From the IMG/VR virus record IMGVR_UViG_3300032046_000003, positions 1 to 64,000 of that record: DNA of 64,000 bases, one strand, 5' to 3'. This DNA comes from a virus. Taxonomy: Duplodnaviria; Heunggongvirae; Uroviricota; Caudoviricetes. Shown here in pieces: positions 62,781-64,000 of this stretch. A program made the translations under genes and the position numbers. The number at the start of each line of letters is the position of its first letter. Positions within the stretch are counted from its first letter, which is position 1. The notes beneath the pieces are model-generated. The model was given only the letters and a program-made list of their open reading frames with translations. It had not been told where the DNA came from and did no database searches.

Positions 62781-64000
62781 ATGAATAACGATTTAGAAAT
62801 AGCTTACAACGAAATAATGCAACAATTTTTCCCTGAAACTTTACATAGAATACCTATTGTAAAATCAATGCCTGTGCTCAAGGCTAAACAGGGAGTTCCT
62901 TTAACCGAGGTTCATAAGAGACACATAAGCGAGGCCCTTAAAAATAAATACGGAGTGGAATCTTATAATGATGTATATAAGAATTTTATAGAAGAACACT
63001 CAGGAATGATTAATAAAATAGTTAACAAATACGCGGGACTTGTTAAAGACAAACAAGATTTAATGCAAGAAGCATTAGTTAGAGTTTACGAAAACCTACA
63101 CAGATATAAACCCGAACTGGGGGCCCCGACCACTTGGTTGAATAAGGTCGTAGGCCTTCATTTACATAGCTATGTATTGCCCGAAACATTGAGAAAAAGA
63201 TCGGCATATGTCGCTTTATTAAAGCTTAGAAGAGCGGCAGAGGATTATAAAAAGAAAACGGGTAAAGAGCCCACATTGGAAGATTTATCTAAATTAAGTG
63301 GTATTCCTCTAGAAAAAGTAATAAATATAAAAACTATAGCTGGGGGTATGTTGAGTTTAAATGAGCCAACAAAATTCAAAGACGATGAGGGTTCATTATT
63401 GGGAGATTTTGTTGCTGACGAGAAGACTAGCACTCCTGAGCAGTTATATGAACATCTAGAATTAAAAGAAATGATTGATAGCGGATTGAACAAATTAGAT
63501 GAAAGAGAACAACATATTATAAAAGAAGAATTTGGAATGAATGATGGTGTTCCTAAAAATGATTCTCAAATTGCTAGAGAAATGAAAATAACAAGTACGT
63601 ATGTTGCTAAATTGAGAAAAAAAGCTTTTCAGCAATTAAGAAAATTTTATGAATCTGCGAATTATGTTTCTAAATCTGAAGATGAGATGAGGGTCGATGA
63701 CAGAATGATTCAAATATATTTAAAATATCTGAGTGATATAGAAAGAGATCTGGATAAAATGAATGAAACAGAAAATGTAAAGAATATGATAAAGACTCTA
63801 ATGAAAGCGATAGGCCCTCAATCAATGACAAGACCTGTAAATATATATGATACAAAAAAGAGACTTGACAGATTTAAAAAATTAACAGAGCCATATGGAG
63901 AAATACCTAAATCATATGACTCAATTAGAATACGACAAAGAGACCCGCAAATATTTGATAGAAAAACAATGAGAACAATAGAGCTGTCCAAATCCCTATC
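62781..64000 (+). CDS. sigma-70 family RNA polymerase sigma factor, 3' partial (runs off window)
   Basis: Own translation, no stop to window end; region 2-like ..QDLMQEALVRVYENL.. and region 4 ..EREQHIIKEEFGMNDG..IAREMKITSTYVAKLRKKAFQQLRK. Confidence 0.65.
   Translation, partial: MNNDLEIAYNEIMQQFFPETLHRIPIVKSMPVLKAKQGVPLTEVHKRHISEALKNKYGVESYNDVYKNFIEEHSGMINKIVNKYAGLVKDKQDLMQEALVRVYENLHRYKPELGAPTTWLNKVVGLHLHSYVLPETLRKRSAYVALLKLRRAAEDYKKKTGKEPTLEDLSKLSGIPLEKVINIKTIAGGMLSLNEPTKFKDDEGSLLGDFVADEKTSTPEQLYEHLELKEMIDSGLNKLDEREQHIIKEEFGMNDGVPKNDSQIAREMKITSTYVAKLRKKAFQQLRKFYESANYVSKSEDEMRVDDRMIQIYLKYLSDIERDLDKMNETENVKNMIKTLMKAIGPQSMTRPVNIYDTKKRLDRFKKLTEPYGEIPKSYDSIRIRQRDPQIFDRKTMRTIELSKSL

Noticed and set aside
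1-64000. Giant eukaryotic virus (chlorovirus-like) origin suggested by gmd/fcl, tRNA cluster and HNH genes
   Set aside because: Strong Shine-Dalgarno sites, sigma70-type -35/-10 promoters, ATGA translational coupling, terminase large subunit, portal and SPP1-gp7 head protein all point to a tailed bacteriophage.
1-64000. CRISPR array or other short direct-repeat/spacer structure
   Set aside because: No regularly spaced repeats seen anywhere. The only repeat families are the HEG-associated elements, the TTGTAAAC direct repeats and the promoter motif.

Overview
This window looks like a 64-kb slice of a large tailed bacteriophage (Caudoviricetes) genome. The evidence is that every convincing gene is on the + strand, most starts have AGGAG-type Shine-Dalgarno sites, several promoters are sigma70-like (TTYAAA-17-TATAAT), and terminase large subunit, portal and SPP1-gp7/Mu-F-type head proteins are present. 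Base composition is AT-rich (about one third GC), with a GC-richer island near 8.1-11 kb. All coordinates and motifs below come from hand reading and translating the sequence, with no tool, so boundaries may be off by a few bases.

Main contents, in order:
- **0-7.7 kb:** small genes including a T4-Pnk-like P-loop kinase, an SPFH/band-7 protein followed by a lipoprotein, and an HExxH protein.
- **7.8-11.8 kb:** a tandem array of about 13 short overlapping genes whose 3' junctions share a conserved nucleotide motif.
- **11.8-19.7 kb:** Endo VII resolvase, Hsp20 flanked by a perfect 10-bp inverted repeat, an RRM RNA-binding protein, several Vsr-like/NUMOD homing endonucleases, a stand-alone receiver domain and a transglutaminase-like peptidase.
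- **22.6-24.7 kb:** an actin-fold ATPase interrupted by an HNH intein.
- **25.1-29.4 kb:** a tRNA array of about 19 tRNAs, interleaved with Shine-Dalgarno-led mini-ORFs and three homing-endonuclease genes.
- **29.9-37.4 kb:** type IB topoisomerase, a CPBP protease, a GT-B glycosyltransferase and the terminase large subunit.
- **37.5-48.5 kb:** a glycan biosynthesis island (two DegT aminotransferases, GT92-like glycosyltransferase paralogs, a methyltransferase, a GT11 fucosyltransferase, GDP-mannose dehydratase, GDP-fucose synthase and a GNAT acetyltransferase).
- **48.5-64 kb:** a recurring KQHIRVSSTGKPFSAGKG protein family, more homing endonucleases, portal, head-morphogenesis protein and a partial sigma-70 factor.

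The most unusual signal is in the tRNA array. Six Shine-Dalgarno-led mini-ORFs carry tandem runs of the very codons read by the tRNA gene that follows them: Thr x6 before tRNA-Thr, Cys-Cys before tRNA-Cys, His-His before tRNA-His, Tyr-Tyr before tRNA-Tyr, Asp/Asn before tRNA-Asn and tRNA-Asp, and Arg/Lys before tRNA-Arg and tRNA-Lys. A seventh ORF is Ile-rich and sits after a tRNA-Ile2-like gene, and an eighth is Glu-rich with no matching tRNA in the window. This resembles attenuation leader peptides, but applied to tRNA genes.
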